DNA from: a bacterium
GTDB lineage: Bacteria > CG03
NCBI GenBank assembly: GCA_043825615.1
Contig: JBDRRS010000012.1
Location: 1-64,000 of the forward strand
DNA length: 64,000 bases
Reading direction: 5' to 3'
The stretch's first letter is position 1. Each line of letters starts with the position of its first letter. Shown one piece after another: positions 8,347 to 17,713 of the stretch. The position numbers were made by a program, and so were the translations under genes. The notes under the pieces were generated by a model. That model had not been told where the DNA came from, did not search any database, and worked only from the letters and a program-made list of their open reading frames with translations.

Positions 8347-9467
8347 CAGAATTTTCTTACGGCCTTTTTGTGCGCTTCGGATGCCTCATCCTGCGCGGCG
8401 ACTTTTGACGTTTTAATTTTTATTTTCAGGTCATTCGGATTGTTGCTGACGCCGAGGGCTTCCTCTTCGGTAATCAGGTCTTTCTGCAAAAGCGCATACA
8501 GCGACTGATTCAATGTGCACATGTTATAAAACGAGGCGGACTCGGCGATAAACTGCTGTATTTTATTCGTCTGGTTATCTTCTATGGCTTTGGCAATCAC
8601 GGGCGTGTTTAGCATTATTTCATGGGCGGCGACTCTTCCTTTCTGGTCTTTCGTTTTGCACAGACGCTGTGAAACAATCGCAACCAGCGCCAGTGCAAGC
8701 TGGTGTCTCGTAAAGTCCTGCGTGTCGCCCGGGAACGTGTCAACGATTCTTTCAATCGTCTGCTTTGCGTCGTTCGTGTGCAGCGTTGAAAATACAAGGT
8801 GCCCCGTTTCCGCGGCGCTGAGCGCGATTGATATCGACTCCTGGTCCCTCATCTCCCCGATGAGTATGCAGTCGGGGTCCTGACGGAGCGCTCTTTTCAG
8901 CGATGACGACCACGAAGCGGTGTCCATTCCTATTTCCCGCTGGTTTATGATTGCTTTTTTGTCGGAATGCACAAACTCTATGGGGTCCTCGACAGTGATT
9001 ATGTTGACGGGGTTCTTTTCATTCACCTCGTTAATCATTGCAGCGAGAGTCGTTGATTTGCCCGACCCCGTGGGGCCCACTACCAGTATCAGCCCCTGAT
9101 TTTTTTTGACGATTTCCTTTAGAACGGGAGGAAGCCCCATTTCGTCTATGGTGGGAATTTCCTCCGGAATTACCCTGAAAACGCCTCCCGGAAAATTCTT
9201 CTGAAAAAAAAGATTCGCCCTGAACCTGCCGAAGCCCTGTATCGCTATGGCAAAATCATATTCTTTTTCTTCGCAGAATTTTTTGTATTTTTCTTCTCCG
9301 ACTTCTCTCCTGAAAAGTTCCGTTATTTTCTCCTCCGTCAGCGGTTCTTCTTCGCTTCTGTCGAGCAGACCGCGGAGGCGGTAAATCGGCGGCTGACCGA
9401 CTTTTATGTGAAGGTCGCTGCCCTTCAATTCCACAAGTTTTTTCAAATAATCCCTGAGTTCAGCCAT
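8346..9467 (-). CDS. pilT: Type IV pilus retraction ATPase PilT/PilU family. The real start is probably the internal Met at 9467 (MAELRDYLKK...); the track ORF extends to 9578.
   Basis: Walker A GPTGSGKSTTLAAM plus ASP box, Walker B and His box typical of PilT. An SD AGAGGA lies 6 nt upstream of the ATG at 9467. Confidence 0.85.
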   Translation of the reverse strand: MAELRDYLKKLVELKGSDLHIKVGQPPIYRLRGLLDRSEEEPLTEEKITELFRREVGEEKYKKFCEEKEYDFAIAIQGFGRFRANLFFQKNFPGGVFRVIPEEIPTIDEMGLPPVLKEIVKKNQGLILVVGPTGSGKSTTLAAMINEVNEKNPVNIITVEDPIEFVHSDKKAIINQREIGMDTASWSSSLKRALRQDPDCILIGEMRDQESISIALSAAETGHLVFSTLHTNDAKQTIERIVDTFPGDTQDFTRHQLALALVAIVSQRLCKTKDQKGRVAAHEIMLNTPVIAKAIEDNQTNKIQQFIAESASFYNMCTLNQSLYALLQKDLITEEEALGVSNNPNDLKIKIKTSKVAAQDEASEAHKKAVRKF

Positions 9468-9522
9468 ATTTCCTCTATTGGGGACGGTTCCTACACCCTT
9501 CACCCTTTCTTTTCTTTCTTTT

Positions 9523-10659
9523 TCAAAAAGATCTTTTTTTCGCCTCGCCGCCGGGCACTGAGGAAGATGACCCCTCAAACCCGCTGCGGGAGGGCCCCGC
9601 TCCTATCAGTTGAGCGAGGACTTCCGGCTTGTTTGCTTTCATCATCGCCATCTCCTTGGAAATTTTACCCGCTTTTACAAGCTGAGCGAGGGATTTGTCC
9701 ATCGGAATCATGCCGACTTTGACGCCCGTATCCAGAGCGCCGTAAATCAAGTGCGTTTTGCCCTCTCTTATGAGATTGGCTATCGCGGGAGTTACGATAA
9801 GAATTTCTCTCGCAGCCACGCGCCCCTTACCGTCAACGGTCGGGAGAAGCTGCTGAGTGATTACCGCCTTGAGCGTCACCGAAAGCTGCATCCTCACCTG
9901 CTGCTGCTGGTATGGCGGGAAAACATCTATTATTCTGTCCACCGTCTGCGGAGCGTCCGTCGTGTGGAGCGTCCCGAAGACAAGATGCCCCGTTTCGGCA
10001 ATGGTTAAAGCCGCGCCGATTGTTTCAAGGTCTCTCATCTCGCCGACCAGAACAATATCGGGGTCTTCTCTGAGAGCGCTCCTTAAAGCGTTCGTAAAAC
10101 TCTTGGTGGAACTTCCCACTTCTCTCTGCGTAAAAACGCAGCCCTTTGACTCATAAACAAATTCAATCGGGTCTTCAATCGTGAGCACATGCTCCTTACG
10201 CTGTTCGTTCAGCATGTCCAGGAGGCAGGCGAGAGTCGTGGTCTTCCCGCTGCCGGTGGGCCCCGTGACGAGAACCATCCCCCGCGCATATTTCGTGCAC
10301 GCGATCATTGCAGGCGTAAAAGCGAGCGCTTCCGGAGACGGAATTTTTGAAGATATGACGCGAAGGACAGCGGCGGTGCCGTCCTTCTGCATAAGGACAT
10401 TTACCCTGAAACGGCTGACATTTTCTATCTGGAACGAGCAGTCCAGTTCATGGTTTTCCTCGTATTTCTGTTTCTGCTCATCATAGAGAATGCTGTAAAT
10501 CAAATCTTTCGTGTCTTCTGCCGTTAAAACAGTATCCTTGTAAGCGGGAAGAGGAATAAGTTCGCCGTGCAGACGAACCATCACTGGTTTCCGGGGCACA
10601 ATGTGTATATCCGAAACATCGCTCCGTACCGCCTCGGTCAAAACGTCTATCATATCCAT
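9523..10659 (-). CDS. Second PilT/PilU-family twitching-motility ATPase (paralog)
   Basis: 378 aa with GPTGSGKTTTLA and GEMRDLETI; same architecture as the adjacent pilT. Confidence 0.85.
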   Translation of the reverse strand: MDMIDVLTEAVRSDVSDIHIVPRKPVMVRLHGELIPLPAYKDTVLTAEDTKDLIYSILYDEQKQKYEENHELDCSFQIENVSRFRVNVLMQKDGTAAVLRVISSKIPSPEALAFTPAMIACTKYARGMVLVTGPTGSGKTTTLACLLDMLNEQRKEHVLTIEDPIEFVYESKGCVFTQREVGSSTKSFTNALRSALREDPDIVLVGEMRDLETIGAALTIAETGHLVFGTLHTTDAPQTVDRIIDVFPPYQQQQVRMQLSVTLKAVITQQLLPTVDGKGRVAAREILIVTPAIANLIREGKTHLIYGALDTGVKVGMIPMDKSLAQLVKAGKISKEMAMMKANKPEVLAQLIGAGPSRSGFEGSSSSVPGGEAKKRSF

Positions 10660-10661
10660 AT

Positions 10662-10706
10662 ATTACTCCTTATTAGGGACGGTTCCTAATTCCCTGAATT
10701 AGGAAC
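10662..10706. promoter_or_regulatory. Perfect 45-bp palindrome (21-bp arms, 3-nt loop) immediately 5' of the second pilT SD/ATG. It shares the 17-nt motif TAGGAACCGTCCCyAATA with the first pilT leader at 9477-9494.
   Basis: ATTAGGGACGGTTCCTAATTC-CCT-GAATTAGGAACCGTCCCTAAT, read directly. Confidence 0.45.
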
Positions 10707-10747
10707 CGTCCCTAATTGCTCTAATTGCTGATTTTAACTTAAATTTT

Positions 10748-11236
10748 CTAATCCGGCAACTCACATATTCTGTAAGACAGGTCATCCGTATTCAGAATAA
10801 CAATTGTTTTCTTTCCCGTAAGCCACCCGCCTGCCTCACCCGGATTTATTATCAGGGATGTCCCCGCTTTTCTGATATCAGTTTTGTGAGTATGCCCGTA
10901 TATGATCACATCGTATTTCCCGCCCTCGGCAAGCTCTTCAATAAAATCGGGACAGTGAGTCATAAAAATTTTTCTGCCGCCGGCAGTGCCGCTGTAAAAA
11001 TTATGGAACAGGGCAAGCCCTTTGAATTTTTCTTTCAGATATTCCCTGTCGCCGTCGTTGTTTCCGAAAGTAAAAATCAGCGGACAATTGAGTTCTTTAA
11101 ATTCCTTATGCGCTATCGGAGAAATTATGTCGCCGGCGTGAAAAACGATTTTAACCGCCTCTTCTTTAAAAATTTTTACGGCGGCGGCTATCGCCGGCAT
11201 GTTTTCGTGCGTGTCCGAAATAATCCCTATTTTCAT
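10748..11236 (-). CDS. Metallophosphoesterase, YfcE/MJ0936 family
   Basis: 162 aa with DTHEN ... GD ... GNND ... GHTH, the calcineurin-like phosphoesterase motifs. Confidence 0.8.
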   Translation of the reverse strand: MKIGIISDTHENMPAIAAAVKIFKEEAVKIVFHAGDIISPIAHKEFKELNCPLIFTFGNNDGDREYLKEKFKGLALFHNFYSGTAGGRKIFMTHCPDFIEELAEGGKYDVIIYGHTHKTDIRKAGTSLIINPGEAGGWLTGKKTIVILNTDDLSYRICELPD

Positions 11237-11293
11237 TGAAATTTACATTCCCCCTCTTTCAAAATATAGAGAATGATGCTTTCTCAAACATAA

Positions 11294-12142
11294 TTATTTT
11301 CCCGCCTTGGCCGCTATTTCTTTTGCTTTGTTATAAGAAATTCTTAAGACCTCGTCAGGGTCTTCAAATCTCGAACTGCCGAGAATTTCAAGCATAAAAA
11401 TACCGTTAAAATCCGAATCCATGAGCGCGGCGGCAAATTCATCCCAGTCTATCTTTCCCTGTCCGGGGGGGAGGTGAGCGGAGTACGAACCGTCGTTATC
11501 GGAAACATGCAGCGTAAAAAGCCGGCCGGAAATGTCTCTGAGAAATTCCGAAGGATTGCCTATCATATTGGCGTGGCCCGTATCGAGACAAACGCCGACG
11601 ACATCCTTCGGAAAATCCCCGATTATTTCAAGGAGGTCGGCTGCCCAGCCGCCTAAAAGATGGGGCGCCGGATTTTCGCAGGAGACCTTCACCCTGTGCA
11701 GCAGCGCGTTTTCGCAGATTTGTTCCATGCTCTTTTTTATCCGCGCGGTTTTTTTCCTTATGAACTCGATGTCCGTAACGGGAAAGACCTTCACGCACGG
11801 ATGAATGATAAGATGCTCTGTTTCAAAAAATTCACAGATATTCACCGCTTTTTTAATTTCATTCACAGCAATATTCCTCTGCATTTCGTCAATCGAGGAA
11901 ATATCAAGCAGACCGCTGAACGGGGCGTTTATGGAACAGACGTTAAGATTCATCCCGCGGAGGTGCGATTTTATTTTTTCAAGAACATCCCCGTCATTAT
12001 AGTTGAAGTGGGTATTCCTGCCCCATTTTTTCGCGCCCGCCCAGAGTTCCACATTCTTAAAACCCGCATTTTTTATTTTATCCAGACAGGAAAAAATATC
12101 CTTGTGGTAAAAAAGACCCGTTGAAATCCCGACGTCAAGCAT
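11294..12142 (-). CDS. Sugar phosphate isomerase/epimerase (xylose-isomerase-like TIM barrel)
   Basis: 282 aa with the overall pattern of a TIM-barrel AP-endonuclease-2 family protein. Confidence 0.7.
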   Translation of the reverse strand: MLDVGISTGLFYHKDIFSCLDKIKNAGFKNVELWAGAKKWGRNTHFNYNDGDVLEKIKSHLRGMNLNVCSINAPFSGLLDISSIDEMQRNIAVNEIKKAVNICEFFETEHLIIHPCVKVFPVTDIEFIRKKTARIKKSMEQICENALLHRVKVSCENPAPHLLGGWAADLLEIIGDFPKDVVGVCLDTGHANMIGNPSEFLRDISGRLFTLHVSDNDGSYSAHLPPGQGKIDWDEFAAALMDSDFNGIFMLEILGSSRFEDPDEVLRISYNKAKEIAAKAGK

Positions 12143-13565
12143 TCCTTCCCCTCTTTTTTCTGCGAATTAATTTTCCATAAAGTTTTATGTACTCCTCTGC
12201 GGATTTATCCCACGAAAAAGACAATCTCATAATTCTTTTCACCAGCCGCGCCCATTTCTGTTTCATCAGCCAGCACGCCTGAGCCGAGCGGACGGACGAG
12301 ACAAGAGACGCCGAACTGTATTTCCTCATAAAAAAACCTGTGCCTTTGCCGGCAGATGGATTATACGGGGACACAGCGTCCTTCAAGCCGCCGACGGGAT
12401 TGACCACAGGCACGCTGCCGTACGAAAACGCAATCATGGACCCGAGACCGCAGGGTTCGTACAGCGAAGGCATAAGAAAAACGTCGCTGCCGGCATAAAT
12501 CCTGTGCGAAAGAACATTATTAAAACAGAGGTTCAGCGAAATTCCGGAAGGGAATTTTTTCTTGACCGCTTGCAGTTTCCGACGGTAAATGTCGTCCCCG
12601 GTTGCCAGAACGGCGACCTGAACGTTACTTTTTAAAATTTCCGAAAGAGCGGGAATAATAATGTCCACGCCTTTCTGCTCGGCGAGACGGCTGATAAAGG
12701 CGACCAGCATGGAATCACTCGCGGGAAGACCCAGCCGGCGCTGAAGTTCTCTCTTACATTTAATTTTTCCGCCGGGGTTTTCCGCATCGTACTTTTCGGC
12801 AAGCATTCCGTCGGAAGCAGGGTTCCATTCGGAATAATCAATCCCGTTCAAAATGCCTTTTAAACAGGCATCTCTTTTTCTCAGAAGAAAATCCAGACCG
12901 AAACCGAATCGTTTTGTTTTAACTTCCTCCGCATACGACGGGCTCACCGTGGTTATCGCATCCGCGGCGGCGAGACCCGAATACAAAAAATTAAACCTTC
13001 CGTTCAGAAGAACCCTCTTTCCCTCAAGCCCAGCGTAAGATGCGAATTTCGGCTCGTAAATCCCCTGGTAGGCAAGGTTGTGTACGGTCAGAACAGCAGG
13101 GACTCCCTCCTCCGCGGCAAATTCAGGAATCAGCGCCGTCTGCCAGTCGTTCAGATGAAACACGTCGGGTTTTATTCCAAGATTCCGGACCGCCGCAAGA
13201 ACCGCTCTCTGAAAAAAAATGAACCGCTGCGCATTGTCCGCAAAATCTCCTTTTGCCGTTCCATAAAGCCCCGAGCGTGCGAACATTTTATCCCGCTCTA
13301 TAAAATAAAAATCAACGCCGTCGCAGGCAGTGTGGAAAACGCCGAAATCAAGCTTCATTACGCTCAGATTCTTTTTCTTTCTTATTAAAAATTCCTTCTT
13401 TTTTATCCCCTTATAAAGCGGCATAAAAACGCTTATTTTGAGTCCTTTCTTTGCGAGAGCCCGCGGAAGGGCGCTTGAAACGTCGGCGAGCCCGCCTGTC
13501 TTGGCGAACGGCGCGACTTCCGATGAAACGAACACGACTTTCATAATTTTATTTATCCGCTCCAA
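12135..13565 (-). CDS. glgA: Glycogen/starch synthase (ADP-glucose type)
   Basis: N-terminal KVVFVSSEVAPFAKTGGLADV is the GlgA signature; 476 aa. Confidence 0.85.
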   Translation of the reverse strand: MERINKIMKVVFVSSEVAPFAKTGGLADVSSALPRALAKKGLKISVFMPLYKGIKKKEFLIRKKKNLSVMKLDFGVFHTACDGVDFYFIERDKMFARSGLYGTAKGDFADNAQRFIFFQRAVLAAVRNLGIKPDVFHLNDWQTALIPEFAAEEGVPAVLTVHNLAYQGIYEPKFASYAGLEGKRVLLNGRFNFLYSGLAAADAITTVSPSYAEEVKTKRFGFGLDFLLRKRDACLKGILNGIDYSEWNPASDGMLAEKYDAENPGGKIKCKRELQRRLGLPASDSMLVAFISRLAEQKGVDIIIPALSEILKSNVQVAVLATGDDIYRRKLQAVKKKFPSGISLNLCFNNVLSHRIYAGSDVFLMPSLYEPCGLGSMIAFSYGSVPVVNPVGGLKDAVSPYNPSAGKGTGFFMRKYSSASLVSSVRSAQACWLMKQKWARLVKRIMRLSFSWDKSAEEYIKLYGKLIRRKKRGRNA

Positions 13566-13577
13566 AAAACGCCAATC

Positions 13578-14051
13578 TCATCTTAACTGCTTTTTCAGAA
13601 TTCCGTAAATTTTTTCCGGAGCCGATGAAATTACTCTTGTTTTTGAAACTGCCGTCATAAAGTTCACATCGCCCGGCCAGCGCCCGACGACGTGCAGGTG
13701 GATGTGTCCCGCAAAGCCGGCGCCGGAGGCGGCGCCCTGATTTATGCCGATATTGAAGTTCCGGCATTTGAAAACTTTTTTGAAAACAACCGTCATTTTC
13801 TGCGCGATTTCCATCATCTCATCCAGTTCTTTTTTCTTTAGTTTACACAAATCCGCACAGTGCCTATACGGGGCTATCATAACATGCGCCGACGTGTAAG
13901 GAAAAATGTTAAGCATCGCAAAGCAGTGCTTCCCGCGAAAGACAACAAAATTTTTCCCGTCCGACTTTGATTTAGACGCTCTGCAGAAAATGCAGCCCTG
14001 TTTTCCCCGCTCAAAATAAACGTCCCTCCACGGAGCGTAAAGATATTTCAT
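13578..14051 (-). CDS. HIT-family (histidine triad) hydrolase
   Basis: The histidine triad HIHLHVV is present near the C-terminus. Confidence 0.75.
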   Translation of the reverse strand: MKYLYAPWRDVYFERGKQGCIFCRASKSKSDGKNFVVFRGKHCFAMLNIFPYTSAHVMIAPYRHCADLCKLKKKELDEMMEIAQKMTVVFKKVFKCRNFNIGINQGAASGAGFAGHIHLHVVGRWPGDVNFMTAVSKTRVISSAPEKIYGILKKQLR

Positions 14052-14428
14052 TCTGACTTACTCAAAAGACTTTTTAGAAATTTCTTGAGTCTGACCCTTG
14101 TGAAAAAGCTCGTTAAAACAAACTCCACACCGTAAGAATAGGTAACTGCCGCGCGCACGACCCTTATTATAACACCCTCTAAAACATATTCGTCGCCGTT
14201 TTCAAGGGTAAAAACAAGATCAATTTTATCGCCTTTATTAAACTGGCTCGAACTCTCAAAACCCACTCCGCCCATGCCTATATCTGTCAGGCACGCCTTG
14301 CTCTTTTCCTCGAAGGCGCCCGGCTTATAGACATCCAGCAAAACCGTATCCTTTACCCGGTCGTATTTCCTCTTCACATTCTTCCTTGGGTCCATAATAT
14401 AAATAGTTTTCTTCATTCTATCCTGCAA
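14048..14428 (-). CDS. PilZ-domain (c-di-GMP-binding) protein
   Basis: RKYDR (RxxxR) and D-I-G-M-G-G motifs; paralog of the next gene. Confidence 0.7.
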   Translation of the reverse strand: MQDRMKKTIYIMDPRKNVKRKYDRVKDTVLLDVYKPGAFEEKSKACLTDIGMGGVGFESSSQFNKGDKIDLVFTLENGDEYVLEGVIIRVVRAAVTYSYGVEFVLTSFFTRVRLKKFLKSLLSKSE

Positions 14429-14461
14429 ATTTTCATCTACCTTATGCGCAGCATGAACATT

Positions 14462-14848
14462 TTATCCTGACTCGCTCAAAAGACCTTTTACAAACTTCCT
14501 GAGGCGAAGCTTTGCGAAAAACCCCATCTCAACAAACTGCACGCCGTAAGAGTATGTCACCGCCGAGCGGGCAACCCTTCTTATGACACCCTCCAGAACA
14601 TATTCCTTCCCTTCTTTAATGCAAAACACAAGATCTACTTTATCCCCCATATTAAACTGGCTTGAACTCTCAAAACCCAAACCGCCGATACTTATATCCG
14701 TCAGACAGGCGCGGCTCTTCTCTTCGAAGGCGCCCGCCTTATAGACATCCAGCAAAACCGTTTCTCTTTTCCGGTCGTATTTTCTTTTCGCGTCCATGGT
14801 ATAAATTATACATTGATTGGCGCAGTTTAGCAAGTTGCTTTTTATCAC
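14462..14848 (-). CDS. PilZ-domain protein, tandem paralog; the real start is probably the Met at about 14797 (MDAKRKYDR...)
   Basis: About 70% identical to the 14048-14428 product, with RKYDR and DISIGGLGF motifs. Confidence 0.7.
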   Translation of the reverse strand: MIKSNLLNCANQCIIYTMDAKRKYDRKRETVLLDVYKAGAFEEKSRACLTDISIGGLGFESSSQFNMGDKVDLVFCIKEGKEYVLEGVIRRVARSAVTYSYGVQFVEMGFFAKLRLRKFVKGLLSESG

Positions 14849-14869
14849 ATAATTTGGTAGAATACTCTT

Positions 14870-15370
14870 ATGATTGAACAGACACTCGTGCTAATAAAGC
14901 CCGACGGGCTTAAGAAATCGCTGACGGGCAACATTCTGACGCGCCTTTCGGAAACAAAACTTGAGATTGCGGGCGCAAAAATAGTGCACGTCACGAAGGC
15001 CCACGCCGAACAGCACTACCTGCACATGAAAGACAAACCCTTTTTCAAGGAACTGATAAATTACCTGACGGGAGAACTGCACGACAGAAGAAAAGTCATG
15101 GCTCTCGTCTATCACGGAGAAAACGCAATAACGCTGGTAAGAAAAATCTGCGGCACGACGAATCCCGAAACAGCGGATCCGACGTCAATCCGCGGCGCTT
15201 ACGGCAGAATAACGACGCGGGGTCTGTTTGAAAATATCATCCACGCATCATCCAACACGGTTGAGGCGGAAAGAGAAATAAAACTCTGGTTCAACCCTGA
15301 GGAACTGGTTTACAGAATTTACCCGGCTTCCATAATCAAAAAAGAATCGGAAGAACTCACCTGGGAATAA
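14870..15370 (+). CDS. ndk: Nucleoside diphosphate kinase
   Basis: LVLIKPDG ... NIIHAS active-site region; the only clear plus-strand gene in the window. Confidence 0.9.
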   Translation: MIEQTLVLIKPDGLKKSLTGNILTRLSETKLEIAGAKIVHVTKAHAEQHYLHMKDKPFFKELINYLTGELHDRRKVMALVYHGENAITLVRKICGTTNPETADPTSIRGAYGRITTRGLFENIIHASSNTVEAEREIKLWFNPEELVYRIYPASIIKKESEELTWE

Positions 15371-16636
15371 CTATAAGTAGTAAATAACGAAGTTAAAAAT
15401 TAAACTTTTTACCGTCTCGATTTCGCCTTTTAAGGGATGGGTGACTTTCTGCTTCTGTATTTTTGACAACTGAAAAATAATTTCTAACGGCTGTACCTGA
15501 ATAGAATAATTTTTACCTTCTTCAATTTCATCCACGGGAACAGAAATTTCGCGCGAAATTTCGCCGATATTCAAACCTTCCGTGTTTATCTGCTCATCAA
15601 TCGCGAAACCGGCGGTATCCGCCGTCGGAACTATCTTCACGCTGCCTCCGAGAACGAGCGGCTGGAGAATAATTTTTAAAGCCACGACGCCCAGAGGGAC
15701 ATTATTCTTCAGGAGAAGTATGTTCTGATTTTTGGAAACGCCCCTGGCGAGCGCAACGCTTCTTTTCACAATTTCAGGTCTTTTCCCCTTTACGTCCACC
15801 TCAAATTTTACGGGAGACACAAGGGCGAATTCGGGGACGGTATCGCTGACAATCCGGGCCGAAATAACTGTTTTCCCGGGTTTATTGAACCTCAGAATTT
15901 TTGTTACGGCAAGACCTTTTTTATCGGTGAGAACCGACTCATTCTCAATAAAACCGGAGCCCTCCTCAAATGAAAAAAGAACGTTTACGTCGGACACCGG
16001 GCTTTCCTCTTTCCCGAAAACACTTACAAGGACACCGGCTTCGCCCTGCAGCCCGAACCTTGTGTCCGCCGTTCTCGCATATTCCATCGGCCTCAATTTT
16101 ACTCTCGTGGTGAGTTCCTTTATCAGGTTTGAAAGTTCGTCTTTTTTCACGGAAGGAAGACGCGTGTCGGCCTTCGCTCGCGAGACCACTCCGATGGCGT
16201 CAATAATTCTGTCCTTTGAGGAAAGTTTCTTTGACCTCTCGACCGCGCGGTTAAAAATGCCGTCTATCTGCCTGCGGCGGCTTTCCTCCATAAATTCCCT
16301 GTCGCGAGAGGCGGTCGCCGGATATCTGGCGAGAAGAAAACAGGTAAAAATCTCCGTTTTTATGTCCTTTGAATAGGTCTCTTTCGTTACTTTAATCTGG
16401 GTTTTTTCAAAAAAATCCCCGATATATGCGGCCGCCTGACTTACAATATCGCTATGCGCGGCTCTAAACGCCTCATTTTTCGAGCATTCTGTGCTGGATG
16501 CCAGAAAATAAAAAAACTCCTCGTTTTCGGGAGGAGACAAGAACCAGGAAGGTGTTTTTGCGAAAGCGCCGATACTTAAAAACAATAGTAGAAAGACAGG
16601 GCAACCCCGCATTAAAGGTTTATCCCCGTAGAGCAT
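15371..16636 (-). CDS. Hypothetical secreted protein or lipoprotein
   Basis: 421 aa with an N-terminal signal sequence; no catalytic motif recognised. Confidence 0.45.
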   Translation of the reverse strand: MLYGDKPLMRGCPVFLLLFLSIGAFAKTPSWFLSPPENEEFFYFLASSTECSKNEAFRAAHSDIVSQAAAYIGDFFEKTQIKVTKETYSKDIKTEIFTCFLLARYPATASRDREFMEESRRRQIDGIFNRAVERSKKLSSKDRIIDAIGVVSRAKADTRLPSVKKDELSNLIKELTTRVKLRPMEYARTADTRFGLQGEAGVLVSVFGKEESPVSDVNVLFSFEEGSGFIENESVLTDKKGLAVTKILRFNKPGKTVISARIVSDTVPEFALVSPVKFEVDVKGKRPEIVKRSVALARGVSKNQNILLLKNNVPLGVVALKIILQPLVLGGSVKIVPTADTAGFAIDEQINTEGLNIGEISREISVPVDEIEEGKNYSIQVQPLEIIFQLSKIQKQKVTHPLKGEIETVKSLIFNFVIYYL

Positions 16637-16646
16637 CAGCAGCCGG

Positions 16647-17444
16647 TTACCTGCTTCTCCGCGGCGGGCGTTTCGACCTTCTTTCCTGCACCGCGCGTTT
16701 TTTCATATCTTGATTCCTGTGCAGAATTGCTTTTTCCTTCTTCTTAAGCAGCTGCTTCCGGTTTTTTATAATTTCCTTCTTCAATTTGTTCCGGCGGGCA
16801 CGGTCATTCAGCAACCTTTTGCGGACGTTCTTTATTTCTTTTGAAAATTCCTTCAGAACTTCCGGCTTTTGGTAAAGGCGGACGTGCGTTTCCTGCATTT
16901 TCTTTATTATTTTCGCCTGTTTTGAAAGTTTGCCGCTCTTCTCGTAATGGAACACGCCGACTTTACCGGAAAAAACCGCCGCTTTCGTCAGTTTGTCCTT
17001 TGATGACTGCACGACGAACTCCGTTCCCCTGACCGCGCAGACCGCCTGAGGAGTCCGCACGCTGTAATCAAGCCCCTTTTCAATCGTTGACAGAAGTTCC
17101 CCTATTTCAAGATCAAGTATCGCCCTTTTTAAATGTTTTTTGTCCCCTGAAAGGTCCTGAATCTTGAGCGTCGAGCGTTCCCCTATTTCAAAAATGGTGC
17201 CGTCAATGAGGTAAAGTTCGCACATCGCATCCTCGCCTGTTTTTATAATATCCCCGCTTGCAAAAACATCATCTTTGTTCACGGTAATCCACTGCGAAGC
17301 GCCTTCTTTGAGAGCGGAAACGCTGCCGGAAATCCGGTTGACCACTGCTATGCAGTCATCCTGCGCGAAAGAAATTTCCGCGCGGAAGGAACAAACTGCA
17401 AGACAATAAAACAACAGAGCAGTAAACTTTTTTCCTGTCGTCAT
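16647..17444 (-). CDS. FecR-domain secreted protein with a basic coiled-coil C-terminal tail
   Basis: Signal peptide, then a FecR-like beta region (...VCAVRGTEFVV...), then a Lys/Arg-rich tail. Confidence 0.55.
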   Translation of the reverse strand: MTTGKKFTALLFYCLAVCSFRAEISFAQDDCIAVVNRISGSVSALKEGASQWITVNKDDVFASGDIIKTGEDAMCELYLIDGTIFEIGERSTLKIQDLSGDKKHLKRAILDLEIGELLSTIEKGLDYSVRTPQAVCAVRGTEFVVQSSKDKLTKAAVFSGKVGVFHYEKSGKLSKQAKIIKKMQETHVRLYQKPEVLKEFSKEIKNVRKRLLNDRARRNKLKKEIIKNRKQLLKKKEKAILHRNQDMKKRAVQERRSKRPPRRSR

Positions 17445-17713
17445 AACTTTACATTACCCCCTCTCATTATTTGGAGTGCATGCCTTCTTCCGGTCAAACT
17501 TTCCCGCCACGGCGGACAGGCGTTTGACACTCCTTTATAGTATCCGCCATTGCCATTCAGGTAATTGCCATATACCGTAATACGGCAACTACTGGATAAT
17601 TCCAACCGGGAAACCTACGCCCGGGACGCTTGATGGTTGGGGACAGTTGATAGTTGGGGACAGGTCTTGAAAAGCCCTGTCCCCTTCAATAAGACCTGTC
17701 CCCTTCCACTATT

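Noticed and set aside
8346-9578. Long N-terminal extension of pilT-1 (MRGHLPQCPAARRKK...)
   Set aside because: The extension overlaps the 3' end of pilT-2 and the conserved leader motif. A strong SD plus ATG at 9467 gives a canonical PilT N-terminus.
17480-17700. Several GC-rich hairpins (GTCAAAC...GTTTGAC and GGGGACAGG...CCTGTCCCC) in the 270-bp gap between the FecR-like and LPP20-like genes
   Set aside because: They are likely an ordinary terminator or leader structure. No T-tract is cleanly associated and no repeat copies occur elsewhere in the window.
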